DNA from: Polyangiales bacterium
GTDB taxonomy: Bacteria; Myxococcota_A; Polyangia; Polyangiales; JADJQN01
DNA length: 64,000 nucleotides
Assembly: GCA_964202905.1 (NCBI GenBank)
Contig: CAXNJO010000001.1
Coordinates: 768,001 to 832,000, forward strand
Direction of reading: 5' to 3'
The number at the start of each line of letters is the position of its first letter. Position 1 is the stretch's first letter. The notes beneath the pieces are model-generated. The model had not been told where the DNA came from. It was given only the letters and a program-made list of their open reading frames with translations, and searched no databases. Positions 9,223 through 18,273 of the stretch are shown in pieces. The position numbers and the translations under genes were made by a program.

Positions 9223-10953
9223 TCAGGGGTCGGTCTCGAGCTCGACGAAGAGCCCGCCGAGGTCGGTGCGCGGGCGCAGCGGTGCGGCGAGGCGTTCGCC
9301 GAGGCGCATCAACTCCTCGTCGAGCGCGCCGATCTGCCTGCCGTGCGCGATGAGGCGCGCGTCGATCGCGTCCTGCTCCTGCTCGTGGGTGTCTTCGACG
9401 CGCTGCCGCTGCGCGCGCAGGGCCTCGACCTGGAACTCGAGATCCGTCACGGCGCGATCGCGCGCCTCGACCCAACGCTGCGCCTTCTCCGCCGTCGCGT
9501 GCGTGTGCTGCCACTGCGCGAGCGCGTCCGCCGTCGCGCGGAACGCCGCGGCGATCTCCGCGGTGGGCGCGGCGACGCCGAGGTGCCAGCCCGCCTCGAT
9601 GAGGCGCGAGTGCGTGGCGACGTACGCCTCCCGCGCGAGGCGGTCGGCGTCGAAGTGGGGCTGCACCTCGGGGCGCGCGCCACGGGCCGCTTCGCGCGCG
9701 CTCGAGAGGTCGACGCCGAGCGTGTCGACCGCGTGGCCGAGACGCGTGCGCGCCTCGCGCACGCTGGTGTCGAGCACGTCGAGTTTGCGCTGCTCCTTGA
9801 GCCCCGCCGCGCGCAGCTCGTTGATCTGCGCGATCACGCGCTTCAACGCCACGAGCGCCTGCGCGAGCTCGGCCGGCGGCGCTGCGCCCGGGTACGCGCG
9901 CGCGAGCATCTGCTCGAACACCGCGGCGCGCCGCGCCCAGCGCTCGAGCGTCGTCGGCGGGAGCGTGCGCGCCGCCTGACGCAGCACGCCCACCGCGGGC
10001 GTCGGCTGCATCGCCTCGCTGACGACGTCCGCCGGCACGAGCGGCAGCAGCTCCTTGATCACCTGGTGCGCGTCGACGGGGCGGTCGCCGGGCTTCTTCG
10101 CGAGGAGCTTCTTGACGAGCGCCTCGAGGCTCGGCGGCACGTTCGGCACCTTCGCCGCGATGCTCGGCGGCTCGGCCTGGAGGTGCTTGATCAGGATGCC
10201 GGGGAGGGAGTCCGCGTCGAAGGGCAGCTCGCCCGTGAGCATCTCGTAGACGATCACGCCGACGGCGTAGAGGTCGGCGAGCGGCCCCGCGTCGATCGAG
10301 CTGACGCGCTCGGGGGCCATGTATTGCGGGGTCCCGAAGAGCTCGCCCGCGCTCGTGAGGCGTGAATCGTGGAGGGAGCGCGCGATGCCGAAGTCGAGCA
10401 GCTTCACGACGGTGCGCCCGTCGCGGCCGCGGTGCAGGAAGATGTTGTCCGGCTTGAGGTCGCGGTGGATGACCTGGAAATCGTGGGCGCGCGCGAGGCC
10501 GCGCATGATCTGCAGGCTGAGCTCCGCGACGAGGGCGGGCGGCAGCGCGCCCTGCTCGGCGATGCGGTCCGCGAGCGAGGAGCCGTCGAGCAGCTCCATC
10601 ACCATGAAGGCGGTGCCGTCGTCCGTCTCGCCGGTGTCGAGGATCTCGATGATGTTGGGGTGCGCGAGCGAGGCGGAGTTCTTCGCCTCGCGGCGGAAGC
10701 GCTCGCGGAGGGAGGCGTCCTTCGTGAGGTGCGGCGCCATGACCTTGATGGCCACGGGCCGATCGACGAGCGTGTGGCGCGCGCGGTAGACGGTGGCCAT
10801 CCCGCCCTCGCCGATGGCCGACTCGACCAGGTACCGGCCGCCGAGCACCGTGCCGACGCGCGTGTCCGGCATCACGGCGAGCGGCTCGCCATCGACGAAG
10901 CAGCGGTCCTTGTCGTCCGGGTACTTGAGCTGGCAGCGCGGGCAGATCCGCAT
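9223..10953 (-). CDS. Hanks-type Ser/Thr protein kinase with N-terminal Zn-ribbon-like motif and C-terminal coiled coil
   Basis: IGEGGMATVY, VAIK, HRDLKPDN, DFG, GTPQYMAPE, DLYAVG; N-terminal CPRC...RCFVDG; no TM segment. Confidence 0.95.
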   Translation of the reverse strand: MRICPRCQLKYPDDKDRCFVDGEPLAVMPDTRVGTVLGGRYLVESAIGEGGMATVYRARHTLVDRPVAIKVMAPHLTKDASLRERFRREAKNSASLAHPNIIEILDTGETDDGTAFMVMELLDGSSLADRIAEQGALPPALVAELSLQIMRGLARAHDFQVIHRDLKPDNIFLHRGRDGRTVVKLLDFGIARSLHDSRLTSAGELFGTPQYMAPERVSSIDAGPLADLYAVGVIVYEMLTGELPFDADSLPGILIKHLQAEPPSIAAKVPNVPPSLEALVKKLLAKKPGDRPVDAHQVIKELLPLVPADVVSEAMQPTPAVGVLRQAARTLPPTTLERWARRAAVFEQMLARAYPGAAPPAELAQALVALKRVIAQINELRAAGLKEQRKLDVLDTSVREARTRLGHAVDTLGVDLSSAREAARGARPEVQPHFDADRLAREAYVATHSRLIEAGWHLGVAAPTAEIAAAFRATADALAQWQHTHATAEKAQRWVEARDRAVTDLEFQVEALRAQRQRVEDTHEQEQDAIDARLIAHGRQIGALDEELMRLGERLAAPLRPRTDLGGLFVELETDP

Positions 10954-11025
10954 CGGCGGCCTCGGGGGAAGAGAATGGATGCGGCGAGCCCCGAGGCTAC
11001 CACCCGGGGCCGCCGCCGTCGTGGC

Positions 11026-11439
11026 TCAGCCTCCGCCGAGGGCGAGCGGGGCGAACTTCGCCTGGCAGATCGTGAGCTTCGCGAAGAGGGGCCGCGCCTC
11101 CTCGCGGAGCTTCGCCCAGAGCGGGCCGATGCCCTCGGACTTGTCGTTGACGTCGAGGCGCTTGCTCCGGCCGAGCGCGGCTTCGACCGCGGCGAGCGAG
11201 GGGCATGCGCGGAAGGGCTCGGGGTGGAAGGCGATGCAGGCATCGAGCAGGGCGTCGGGGTCCGTCGGGCCGGCGGGCACGAGGACATTCAGCGCCCCGA
11301 GCGGGCGCAACCCCTTCTCGACGTAGAGCGGCTGGAACCACATGCGCTCGCCGTCGCCCTGGAGGAGCATCAGCTCGATGGGGTTCACGCCGTCGTAGTT
11401 GCGCGGACCGACGACATAGGCCTGTGAGAAACCAGCCAT
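11026..11439 (-). CDS. Hypothetical protein
   Basis: From MAGFSQAYVVGPRNYDGVNPIELMLL; protein-like composition and GC3 bias; GGAAAGG upstream. Confidence 0.7.
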   Translation of the reverse strand: MAGFSQAYVVGPRNYDGVNPIELMLLQGDGERMWFQPLYVEKGLRPLGALNVLVPAGPTDPDALLDACIAFHPEPFRACPSLAAVEAALGRSKRLDVNDKSEGIGPLWAKLREEARPLFAKLTICQAKFAPLALGGG

Positions 11440-11583
11440 GGGATGTGGAGACCTTTCCCGCCGAGCCCGGCGTGGGGCGACGCGGCTGCGCCGACCCCGG
11501 AGAGACGCGCGCCCCACGCCGCGACTGACAACGCCGCCGACGATTCTCGCGGCCGGGCGTCGGCGCCGTGCGCGTCGGTGACG

Positions 11584-11608
11584 CGCGCTGAATGGTGGTT
11601 CAGTCGCG
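11584..11608. repeat. Dispersed palindrome CGCGCTGAA-N6-TTCAGTCGCG, copy 1
   Basis: cgcgctgaatggtggttcagtcgcg; related copies at 43005, 46341, 51574. Confidence 0.7.
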
Positions 11609-11626
11609 GGGGGACGCGCGGCGAGG

Positions 11627-12490
11627 TCAGCGGCCGGTGAGCCGACGCACGACGACGCTCGCGCAGGCGAGCCCGAAGGCGCCCGTCACGAACGAGGCGC
11701 TGCCCTCGATCCGCGAGCGCTTCTCGCAGGAGTGCAGGCCGTTCGAGCCGTTCGGGCAGACGCAGACGAAGCCCGCGGCGGCGTCGTAGGAGAGCGCCTC
11801 GGGGGCGATCGGCGGCTCGTCCGAGAAGACCGCCGTCACGCCCGTCGTGAGGCCCTTGCGCGCCTCGATCCCGTGCTTTTCGCGGAGCAGCTTGCGGAGC
11901 GCGCGGGCGAACGGATCGATCTCGGTGTCGGCGAGGTCCGCGATGCGCACGCGCGTCGGGTCGAGGCGCGCCGCCGCGCCCATCGACGAGACGATCGGGA
12001 TGCCGCGCGCGAGACAGGTCGCGACGAGGTGGGCCTTCGCGGTGAGGTTGTCGATGGCGTCGACGACGAAGTCGACCTGCCCGGCGAGGAGCGCGTCGCT
12101 CGAGTCCGCTGCGTAGAACTGCGCGATCGGCTCGATCGACGCGACGGGGTTCACGAGGCGCAGGCGCTCGGCCATCACCTCGACCTTGCGCTTGCCGATC
12201 GTGCCCTTGAGCGCGTGCAGCTGGCGGTTCGCGTTGGTCACGCAGATCTCGTCGAAGTCGACGAGCGCGAGCGTCCCGGTGCCCGTCCGCGCGAGGGACT
12301 CGGCCGCGAAGGAGCCCACGCCGCCGCAGCCGACGACGAGCACGCGCGCGCGATGCAGCACGTGCAGGCCCGGCTCGCCGACGAGGCGCGCGGCGCGGTC
12401 GAAACGGCGGTGGGTGCGCGCGGCCGGCTCCGGGGACTCCGGGGCGGGCGCGACGACGGGCTGGCCGATCACGGGCAGGAACGACGCCAT
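11627..12490 (-). CDS. tcdA: tRNA threonylcarbamoyladenosine dehydratase (ThiF/E1-like)
   Basis: VVGCGGVGSFAAESLAR, DFDEICVTNANRQ, DAIDNLTAK, SSMGAAARLDPT, DPFARALRKLLR, VFSDE, GSASFVTGAFG. Confidence 0.9.
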   Translation of the reverse strand: MASFLPVIGQPVVAPAPESPEPAARTHRRFDRAARLVGEPGLHVLHRARVLVVGCGGVGSFAAESLARTGTGTLALVDFDEICVTNANRQLHALKGTIGKRKVEVMAERLRLVNPVASIEPIAQFYAADSSDALLAGQVDFVVDAIDNLTAKAHLVATCLARGIPIVSSMGAAARLDPTRVRIADLADTEIDPFARALRKLLREKHGIEARKGLTTGVTAVFSDEPPIAPEALSYDAAAGFVCVCPNGSNGLHSCEKRSRIEGSASFVTGAFGLACASVVVRRLTGR

Positions 12491-12580
12491 GGCGGCGCGA
12501 CCATAGCAGACGGGCACGCGCGACCCGCGCTGCCGGGCGGTCCTCGCCTTTTTCGCCGAAGGCGTCTACGACTCCGGCCC

Positions 12581-13124
12581 ATGCGCGCGTCCCCCTCGCA
12601 CCTCTTGATCGCTTCGCTCCTCTGGACTCGTCGGCTGCGGCGCCGGCCCGTACGGCTTCTCGCGGACGTACGAGACGCTCTCCGACGAGCAGGACGTCGC
12701 CGAGGGCGCCGAGGAGGCCGTCTACGAGGACGTGCGCCGCGACCCCGCGGGCTACCGCGCCCGGCGCGTCGCGTGGTTCGGCGTCGTGACGGGCGTCGAG
12801 TCCGGCCCCGGCGGGACGAGCCTCGTGCACCTCACGCACCGCATCCACCAGGAGCGGCACCTCTGCGGAGACGAGACTGACGGCTCGTGCCGCGTCACCG
12901 TCTCCGAGCGCGCGAGCGGCCCGTGGACCGCCACGATCACGCTGCGCCCGGAGGACACCGTCGGCGTCGACCGCGTGTGGATGGGCTCGCTGCTGCGCGT
13001 CTTCGGCGCGCCGAGCGGCGAGTTCGACGCCGAGGGCGGGCCGGTGCTCGCCGCGCACTACTACCGCCACTGGCCGCGCGGCGCGTACGTGACCACCGCC
13101 GATCGGGCCCGGCTCCGGCGCTGA
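12581..13124 (+). CDS. Slp-like lipoprotein; frameshift near 12620-12624
   Basis: MRASPSHLLIASLL, then a frame change, then GLVGC-GAGPYGFSRTY...YEDVRRDPAGYRARRVAWFGVV...PVLAAHYYRHWP, resembling the Slp motifs VRxxPxxYxGxxVxWGG and YPV...WP. Confidence 0.65.
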
Positions 13125-13256
13125 GCGCCACCCTCGAATAGGGCGCCCGTGTGCGCCGTCCATGCCGGCGTCGACCGGCGCACCGGGGGCCGGCCTGGCC
13201 CGGAGTTCCCCGGGTTCCCCTCCACCCAACCCGCTCCAGACCCGAGGTCCCTTCCC

Positions 13257-13661
13257 ATGCCGAACATCTCCGCCCTCCGCCCGCTCTTCCTCGCCGGCGC
13301 CGTCGCCCTCGTGTCTCTCGGCTCGGCCTGCGTCATCGACGCGACCGTCCCGACCTACGACGAGTGCTTCGACTCGAGCGACTGCCGCGGCGGCGACGTC
13401 TGCGTCCGCGTCATCACGACCGACTCCACGGGCGTGCGGCGCGACGGCAAGCAGTGCTCGCGCTTCTGCTCGGGCGACTTCGACTGCCCGTCGATCAACA
13501 GCTACGCGGGCGCTTGCTACATGATCTCCACGGACCCGGACTTCCGGAACTTCACCTGCTTCGCGCGTTGCGACAGCGACATCGACTGCGACTTCAACCA
13601 GGACTGCGTGCCCGTCACCGGCCCCGCGGGCGCCGACGCGATCTGTCTCCCCGCGTTCTGA
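13257..13661 (+). CDS. Cys-rich lipoprotein
   Basis: MPNISALRPLFLAGAVALVSLGSAC lipobox; repeated CxxxxDC motifs. Confidence 0.8.
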   Translation: MPNISALRPLFLAGAVALVSLGSACVIDATVPTYDECFDSSDCRGGDVCVRVITTDSTGVRRDGKQCSRFCSGDFDCPSINSYAGACYMISTDPDFRNFTCFARCDSDIDCDFNQDCVPVTGPAGADAICLPAF

Positions 13662-13717
13662 ACGCCCGCCCGGCGCGCTCCGGACCCGATATTCGGGCGG
13701 ATTCGTGATGCTGCGCG

Positions 13718-13741
13718 CGATGGTTGGAGCTCCAACCATCG
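13718..13741. repeat. Perfect 24-bp loopless palindrome between convergent genes
   Basis: CGATGGTTGGAG|CTCCAACCATCG. Confidence 0.85.
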
Positions 13742-13753
13742 TGCGTGGCGCCG

Positions 13754-14677
13754 TCAGCCGAGCGCGTCGGCGAGCGCCTCGACCGAGGGGCGCCGGAACT
13801 CGGGCACGAAGAGGTAGGGCAGTTCCACGCGCGAGACGGGCAGCGCCGCAGCGAGGCGCGCGAGGCTCTCCTCCTGCACCGCCTCGCGGAGCGCGCGGGC
13901 GCGTGCGGAGGCGGCGAGCGACGTGAGCGGCGAGCCGGCGGGCAGCGCGGCGGGCAGGCCCGCCAAGGTCGCGCGCTCCGCGTCCGGGAAGAGCCGCGGG
14001 AACACGCCGTTCACGACGATCTTCGCGACCGGGAGCCGCAACTCCCGCGTGATCGCGGCGTGCAGCTCGATCGTCTCGTTGGTGGGCATGTCTTCGGGGA
14101 GCGTGACGAGCACGATGCCCGAGCGCACCGGGTCCTCGAAGAGCGCCCAGGCCCGCTCGGCCTCGCGACGCAGGAGGCCGGGGGGCGCGACGTCCATGAT
14201 GACGCGCGGCACGCGCAGCATGTCGAGGCCGTGGCCCGTCGCGGGCGCATCGAGGATCACGAGGTCGTACTGCGGGCGCCCGTCGTCGCGCGGGATGGTC
14301 GCGTGGAAGTACGCCTTGCCGAGCATCGACCAGGCCTCGATGCCCGGCACGCCGCGCAAGAAGGAGGCGACGACGCGGTTCTCGAAGATCGCCTTGTAGA
14401 GCGTGCGCACCTTGAGGACGATCATCCCGTACTCCTCGAGCGCGGAGGCGGGGGTCATGTTCACCGCGTCGATGTGCGGCAGCACGCCGACGACGTCCTC
14501 GCCGATGGGCGGCACCTCGAGCAGGTGCGAGAGCCGCTCGCGTGTGTTGCACATCGCGACCAGCACGCGCTTGCCACGGCGCGCCGCGGCGAGGGCGAGG
14601 GCGGCGCTGACGGTGGTCTTTCCCACGCCGCCCTTGCCGATGACGAGGAGGAACCGGCGATCGAGGAGGTCGGACAT
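13754..14677 (-). CDS. ArsA/Get3-family ATPase (single domain)
   Basis: IGKGGVGKTT Walker A, VPGIE, YDLVILDAPATGH, VTLPEDMPTNET, VVNGV. Confidence 0.9.
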   Translation of the reverse strand: MSDLLDRRFLLVIGKGGVGKTTVSAALALAAARRGKRVLVAMCNTRERLSHLLEVPPIGEDVVGVLPHIDAVNMTPASALEEYGMIVLKVRTLYKAIFENRVVASFLRGVPGIEAWSMLGKAYFHATIPRDDGRPQYDLVILDAPATGHGLDMLRVPRVIMDVAPPGLLRREAERAWALFEDPVRSGIVLVTLPEDMPTNETIELHAAITRELRLPVAKIVVNGVFPRLFPDAERATLAGLPAALPAGSPLTSLAASARARALREAVQEESLARLAAALPVSRVELPYLFVPEFRRPSVEALADALG

Positions 14678-14780
14678 CAGCAAGCCGCGCGACGATAGCA
14701 CCGTTCGACGGCGTCGCTCCGGCCGCGGGCGCGTGGGCCGCGGGCAGGCGCGCGTGGGTGCGACGTGCGGACGCGCGGGG

Positions 14781-15602
14781 TCAGCTGGGCGAGAGGCGGT
14801 GGTAGTGCCCGCGGCCGCAGCCGGGGCAGAGCTGGGCGACCGCGGGGCCGAGCGCGAGGTCGCCCTCGGGCGCGGCGAGCAGGCGCGCGACGGTGCGTGT
14901 CGCGCGGCCGCAGGGGCATGTGAAGGCGTGGTCGCGGTAGCCGACCGTCGCGCCGCCGAGGAAGCCGCGGATACGCGGGCCGTTCGGGCCGGCGAGCCCG
15001 GCGAGGGGCGGGAGCGAGGTGCGGGCGCTGCCGGGCGCGCCGTCGTCGAAGGGGACGAGGAGCGCGCCGTGTGCCGCCGGGAGCGTCGTCGGCGGCGCCT
15101 CGCGGAGCGTGACGCGCGCGCCGGTGTCCGCGAGGACGCGCAGCGTCGGCTCGGCGAGCGACGCGGGGATCGCGCGGGCGATCGTCGTGCGGGGCGTGAG
15201 GCGGTGCGCGGGCGGGGGCGCGGCGAGCGGACCGGCGAGGCGCGCGACGGTGTCAGCGAGGCGCGCGGGCGTGGGCCCCGCGTCCTCGAGGACGACGTCC
15301 CACGCGGCGGGCAGCGGCGGCTGGCGGGGCGTGCATGCGCCGCGCCCGACGATCGCCGCGGTGCCCGCGCAGGGCGTCTCCGCGGGGCCGGCGTGGCACT
15401 CGAAGAGCAGCAGCAGCCGGTCGTCGAGGGGCCCGACGAGGGACGTCGTCGCGAGCGGGATCTGCGCGCGGAAGAGCAGCGGCGCGTCGCAGCGCGGGCA
15501 GTGGGGCCAGGGCACGTCCGTGGGGAGCAGCGGCAGCCCGCCCGAGCGCAGCTCGATCGCCTCCATCGCGGTCGGATCGGTGTCGAGCCATGCGATGCCC
15601 AT
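14781..15602 (-). CDS. YwqG/PDCD2-like Cys-motif protein with inserted ribosomal L7/L12 C-terminal-like segment
   Basis: GGLPLLP..VPWPHCPRCDAPLLFRAQI...LLLFEC; WDVVLEDAG...IARAIPASLAE...LADTGARVTLR; C-terminal FLGG...CPCG...CPGC. Confidence 0.55.
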   Translation of the reverse strand: MGIAWLDTDPTAMEAIELRSGGLPLLPTDVPWPHCPRCDAPLLFRAQIPLATTSLVGPLDDRLLLLFECHAGPAETPCAGTAAIVGRGACTPRQPPLPAAWDVVLEDAGPTPARLADTVARLAGPLAAPPPAHRLTPRTTIARAIPASLAEPTLRVLADTGARVTLREAPPTTLPAAHGALLVPFDDGAPGSARTSLPPLAGLAGPNGPRIRGFLGGATVGYRDHAFTCPCGRATRTVARLLAAPEGDLALGPAVAQLCPGCGRGHYHRLSPS

Positions 15603-15827
15603 CTCGTCTCGCCCTCGGGGATCCCGAACGGCGAGGCCGCGATCGGCTTGAGGTCCCCCGCGATCTTCGCGTCCCGCATGGCCGCGGGACCGCCGCGCGC
15701 CCTGTGCGCGCCGGCGAACAGCGGCCGCGTGACGAGGGGAAAAGGCCACGCGCGGCCGGTGGAACGGCGTGTTGCGGCGTGTTGCGGCGCGTTGCGTTGC
15801 GGTGCGGCGGCGACGGATCGTGCCCGG

Positions 15828-17084
15828 TCAGCGCACGCGCACGGCGACGTCCGCGGCGAGGCGCACGCGCGCGGCGCCGCCCGGCTCGTCCGCGGGGGCG
15901 GGGCGCAGCGGGAGCGGCTCGACCTCGAGCACGTCGCCGCGCGCCGCGTCGTCGAGCGCGGCGTTGCCGTCGCTGCGCTCGCGATCGAGGCGCATGAGCC
16001 GCACGAGCCCGGGCGCGCCGCACGTGAAGATCTCGGTTTTCCCTTTGGATTCGAGGGGATCGCCGACGACGCGCAGCGGCTCGCCCCCGCCCGTCGCCGC
16101 GTGCAGCGGGCCCGGCGTGTGGCGCAGCACGAGGTACGCGTAGCGCAGGCCCTCGAAGCGCAGGCCCGCGCCCCGCGCGAGGTCCGCGAGCGGGCCGGGC
16201 AGCGCGAGCGGGAGCGAGGCGTGGCACCAGTCGCGCTCGCCCGCGAGCATCGGGCACGGGCCGGTGCGCAGGCAGGGCGCCGCGACGAAGGGCGGCGCGG
16301 CGCGGGCCGCGAGCGCGTCGCGCACGGCCTGCAGCGCGCGGCTCGTGTCGCGCAGCGCGGGCTCGAGCACGACGAGCGCGCCATCGTCGGTGAGCCGCTC
16401 GGCGACCTGCGCGAGCCAGGCAGCGCGCCGCGCGACGGCCTCGGGCGCGGGCAGCCCCGCGAAGAATTCGTTCAGCGCGAAGCCGACGAGCACGAGGTCG
16501 AAGCGACCGGCGGGGAGCGTCTCGTCGCGCGTGAGGTCGCGCTCGTGCACGCGCACCTCGGTCGGCACCGCGACCTGCGCGAGCAGCCCGCCCGGGCGCG
16601 TCTCGCGGGCGAGCGCGGCGAGCAGCGAGAGCGCGCGCGCGTCGTCGTCGACGGCCTCCACCTCGAGGCCCCGCGCGGCGAGCCCGAGCGTGCGCAGGGC
16701 CGTGGCCGCCCCGAGGCTGGTCGCGCCGAGGCCCGCGCCGAGGTCGAGCACGCGCACGGGCCGGGTGCCGTCTCGCGCGGCGACGGGGAGCGCGCCGGCG
16801 CGGTGCAGCTCCGCGAGCGGACCGCCGATCTTCGCGAGATCGCGTGGCAGGAAGAAGCGCAGCCGCGCGGCGAGGGCGCCGCTCGTGCGGGGCGCGTCGG
16901 CGAGCGCGCGCGCGGCCTCGCGGTCACGCGTGTAGGCGGCCGAGAGCCGCGCGATCTCCGCGACGAGGGCCTCCGGCCGGGGGACGTCCGCGCGACCGAG
17001 CGCCTGCCGCCCGACGGCGTCGATCGCACGGAGCCACGCGGGCGGGACGCAGTCGGGGAGGGCTGCGGACCGAGGAGGGCGCAT
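15828..17084 (-). CDS. Rsm22/METTL17-family SAM-dependent methyltransferase-like protein
   Basis: RVLDLGAGLG SAM motif, FALNE, LVVLEPA, VAAPCLRTGPCPML...DWCH...YAYLVL...KGKTEIFTCG (Cys cluster characteristic of Rsm22). Confidence 0.8.
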   Translation of the reverse strand: MRPPRSAALPDCVPPAWLRAIDAVGRQALGRADVPRPEALVAEIARLSAAYTRDREAARALADAPRTSGALAARLRFFLPRDLAKIGGPLAELHRAGALPVAARDGTRPVRVLDLGAGLGATSLGAATALRTLGLAARGLEVEAVDDDARALSLLAALARETRPGGLLAQVAVPTEVRVHERDLTRDETLPAGRFDLVLVGFALNEFFAGLPAPEAVARRAAWLAQVAERLTDDGALVVLEPALRDTSRALQAVRDALAARAAPPFVAAPCLRTGPCPMLAGERDWCHASLPLALPGPLADLARGAGLRFEGLRYAYLVLRHTPGPLHAATGGGEPLRVVGDPLESKGKTEIFTCGAPGLVRLMRLDRERSDGNAALDDAARGDVLEVEPLPLRPAPADEPGGAARVRLAADVAVRVR

Positions 17085-17161
17085 GTTCGCCGCGTGTAGC
17101 ACGGTCGCCCGAGCGCGACCGCCCTCGCGCGGGGCGCGCGCGTGTCGTAACGTCCGCGCGC

Positions 17162-17917
17162 ATGACGGCCCCCGCAGCCCCGCGTCCGGCTTCCGTCGCA
17201 TCCGTGTCCGCGCTCGGCGAGCGCGCGTCGCGCGTGGTGCCGCTGCTCGCTGCGGCGACGGCGCTCCTCGTGCTCGGCGCGATCGGGCTCGTCTTCGGCG
17301 TCGCGCCCGTCGAGGCGCAGATGGGCATCGTCCAGAAGATCTTCTACTTCCACGTGCCGAGCGCCTACGCGATGTACGTCGGGTGGAGCGTCTGCGCGGT
17401 GTCGAGCGGCGTGTGGCTCTGGCGGCGCTCCGATCGCTGGGATGCGTGGGCGGTCGCGGGCGCGGAGGTCGGGCTCGTGTTCTGCGCGATCGTGCTCGTC
17501 ACGGGCCCGCTCTGGGCCCGCAAGGCGTGGGGCGTCTACTGGACCTGGGACCCGCGCCTCACCTCGACGCTGCTCGGCGGGCTCATGTTCGTCGCCTACC
17601 TCGTGCTGCGCGGGCTCGGCGCGGGCGGTCTCGCGGAGCGCCGCTTCGCCTCGGCCCTCGCGCTGCTCGGCATCCCGAACGCGGCGCTCATCCACTACAG
17701 CGTGCAGCGCTGGCGCGGGCAGCATCCGCAGGTGATCAGCGGCCGCGGCGGCGGGCTCTCCGCGGAGATGAAGCCCGCCTTCTACCTCGCGTTTTTCGCG
17801 TTCACCGCGCTCGTCGTGCTGCTGCTCTGGGCGCGCGCGCGGGCCGAGCGGCTGCAGCAGGCCGCGCGGCGACTCGAGCTCGACGCCGCCGAGCGCGGCC
17901 TCCTGGAGGATGCATGA
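17162..17917 (+). CDS. ccmC: Cytochrome c biogenesis heme exporter protein C
   Basis: QKIFYFHVPSA, TGPLWARKAWGVYWTWDPRLTS (WWD motif), IHYSVQRWRGQHP. Confidence 0.93.
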   Translation: MTAPAAPRPASVASVSALGERASRVVPLLAAATALLVLGAIGLVFGVAPVEAQMGIVQKIFYFHVPSAYAMYVGWSVCAVSSGVWLWRRSDRWDAWAVAGAEVGLVFCAIVLVTGPLWARKAWGVYWTWDPRLTSTLLGGLMFVAYLVLRGLGAGGLAERRFASALALLGIPNAALIHYSVQRWRGQHPQVISGRGGGLSAEMKPAFYLAFFAFTALVVLLLWARARAERLQQAARRLELDAAERGLLEDA

Positions 17918-18273
17918 GGGCGCGGAACGTGGGGCAGCGGGCGCGGTCGGCGCGCGCGTCGTCGGGGGTCGCCGTGCTCGTCGCGCTCGCGTCGTTCGCG
18001 GTGGCGGGCGTCGCCGGGGCGCAGGACGCGGGGCAGGCCGCGGGCGGTGCAGGCACCGGCCGCGAGACGGAATTCGTGGCGATGACGGGCCCCGCGCGCG
18101 AGAGCGTGCCCGGCGGGACGCTGCTCGTCTCGGCGTACGCCGCGGTGTGGGTGCTGCTCGCGGCGTACGTCGGGCGGCTCGCGCTGCTGCAGGCCGCGAC
18201 GGGTCGCGAGGTCGCGCGCCTCGAGGCCGCGCTGCGTGCCCGTGAGCCGGGCGGCGCGGGGCCGAAGACGTGA
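17914..18273 (+). CDS. ccmD: CcmD-family small membrane protein
   Basis: Translationally coupled to ccmC (ATGA); LLVSAYAAVWVLLAAYV...REVARLE fits the CcmD pattern, with an N-terminal extension. Confidence 0.65.
   Translation: MRARNVGQRARSARASSGVAVLVALASFAVAGVAGAQDAGQAAGGAGTGRETEFVAMTGPARESVPGGTLLVSAYAAVWVLLAAYVGRLALLQAATGREVARLEAALRAREPGGAGPKT

Noticed and set aside
11385..14552. Very long Arg/Ala/Gly-rich ORFs in the track (e.g. 11385..14552, 14403..17099, 53480..56884, 22042..24333)
   Set aside because: Shadow frames typical of high-GC DNA; they overlap well-supported genes and have no protein motifs.
15759..15800. sigma54 promoter-like TGGAAC...TTGC and GTTGCG microrepeats
   Set aside because: GG-GC spacing is off by one base and the orientation faces no gene start; treated as low-complexity intergenic sequence.
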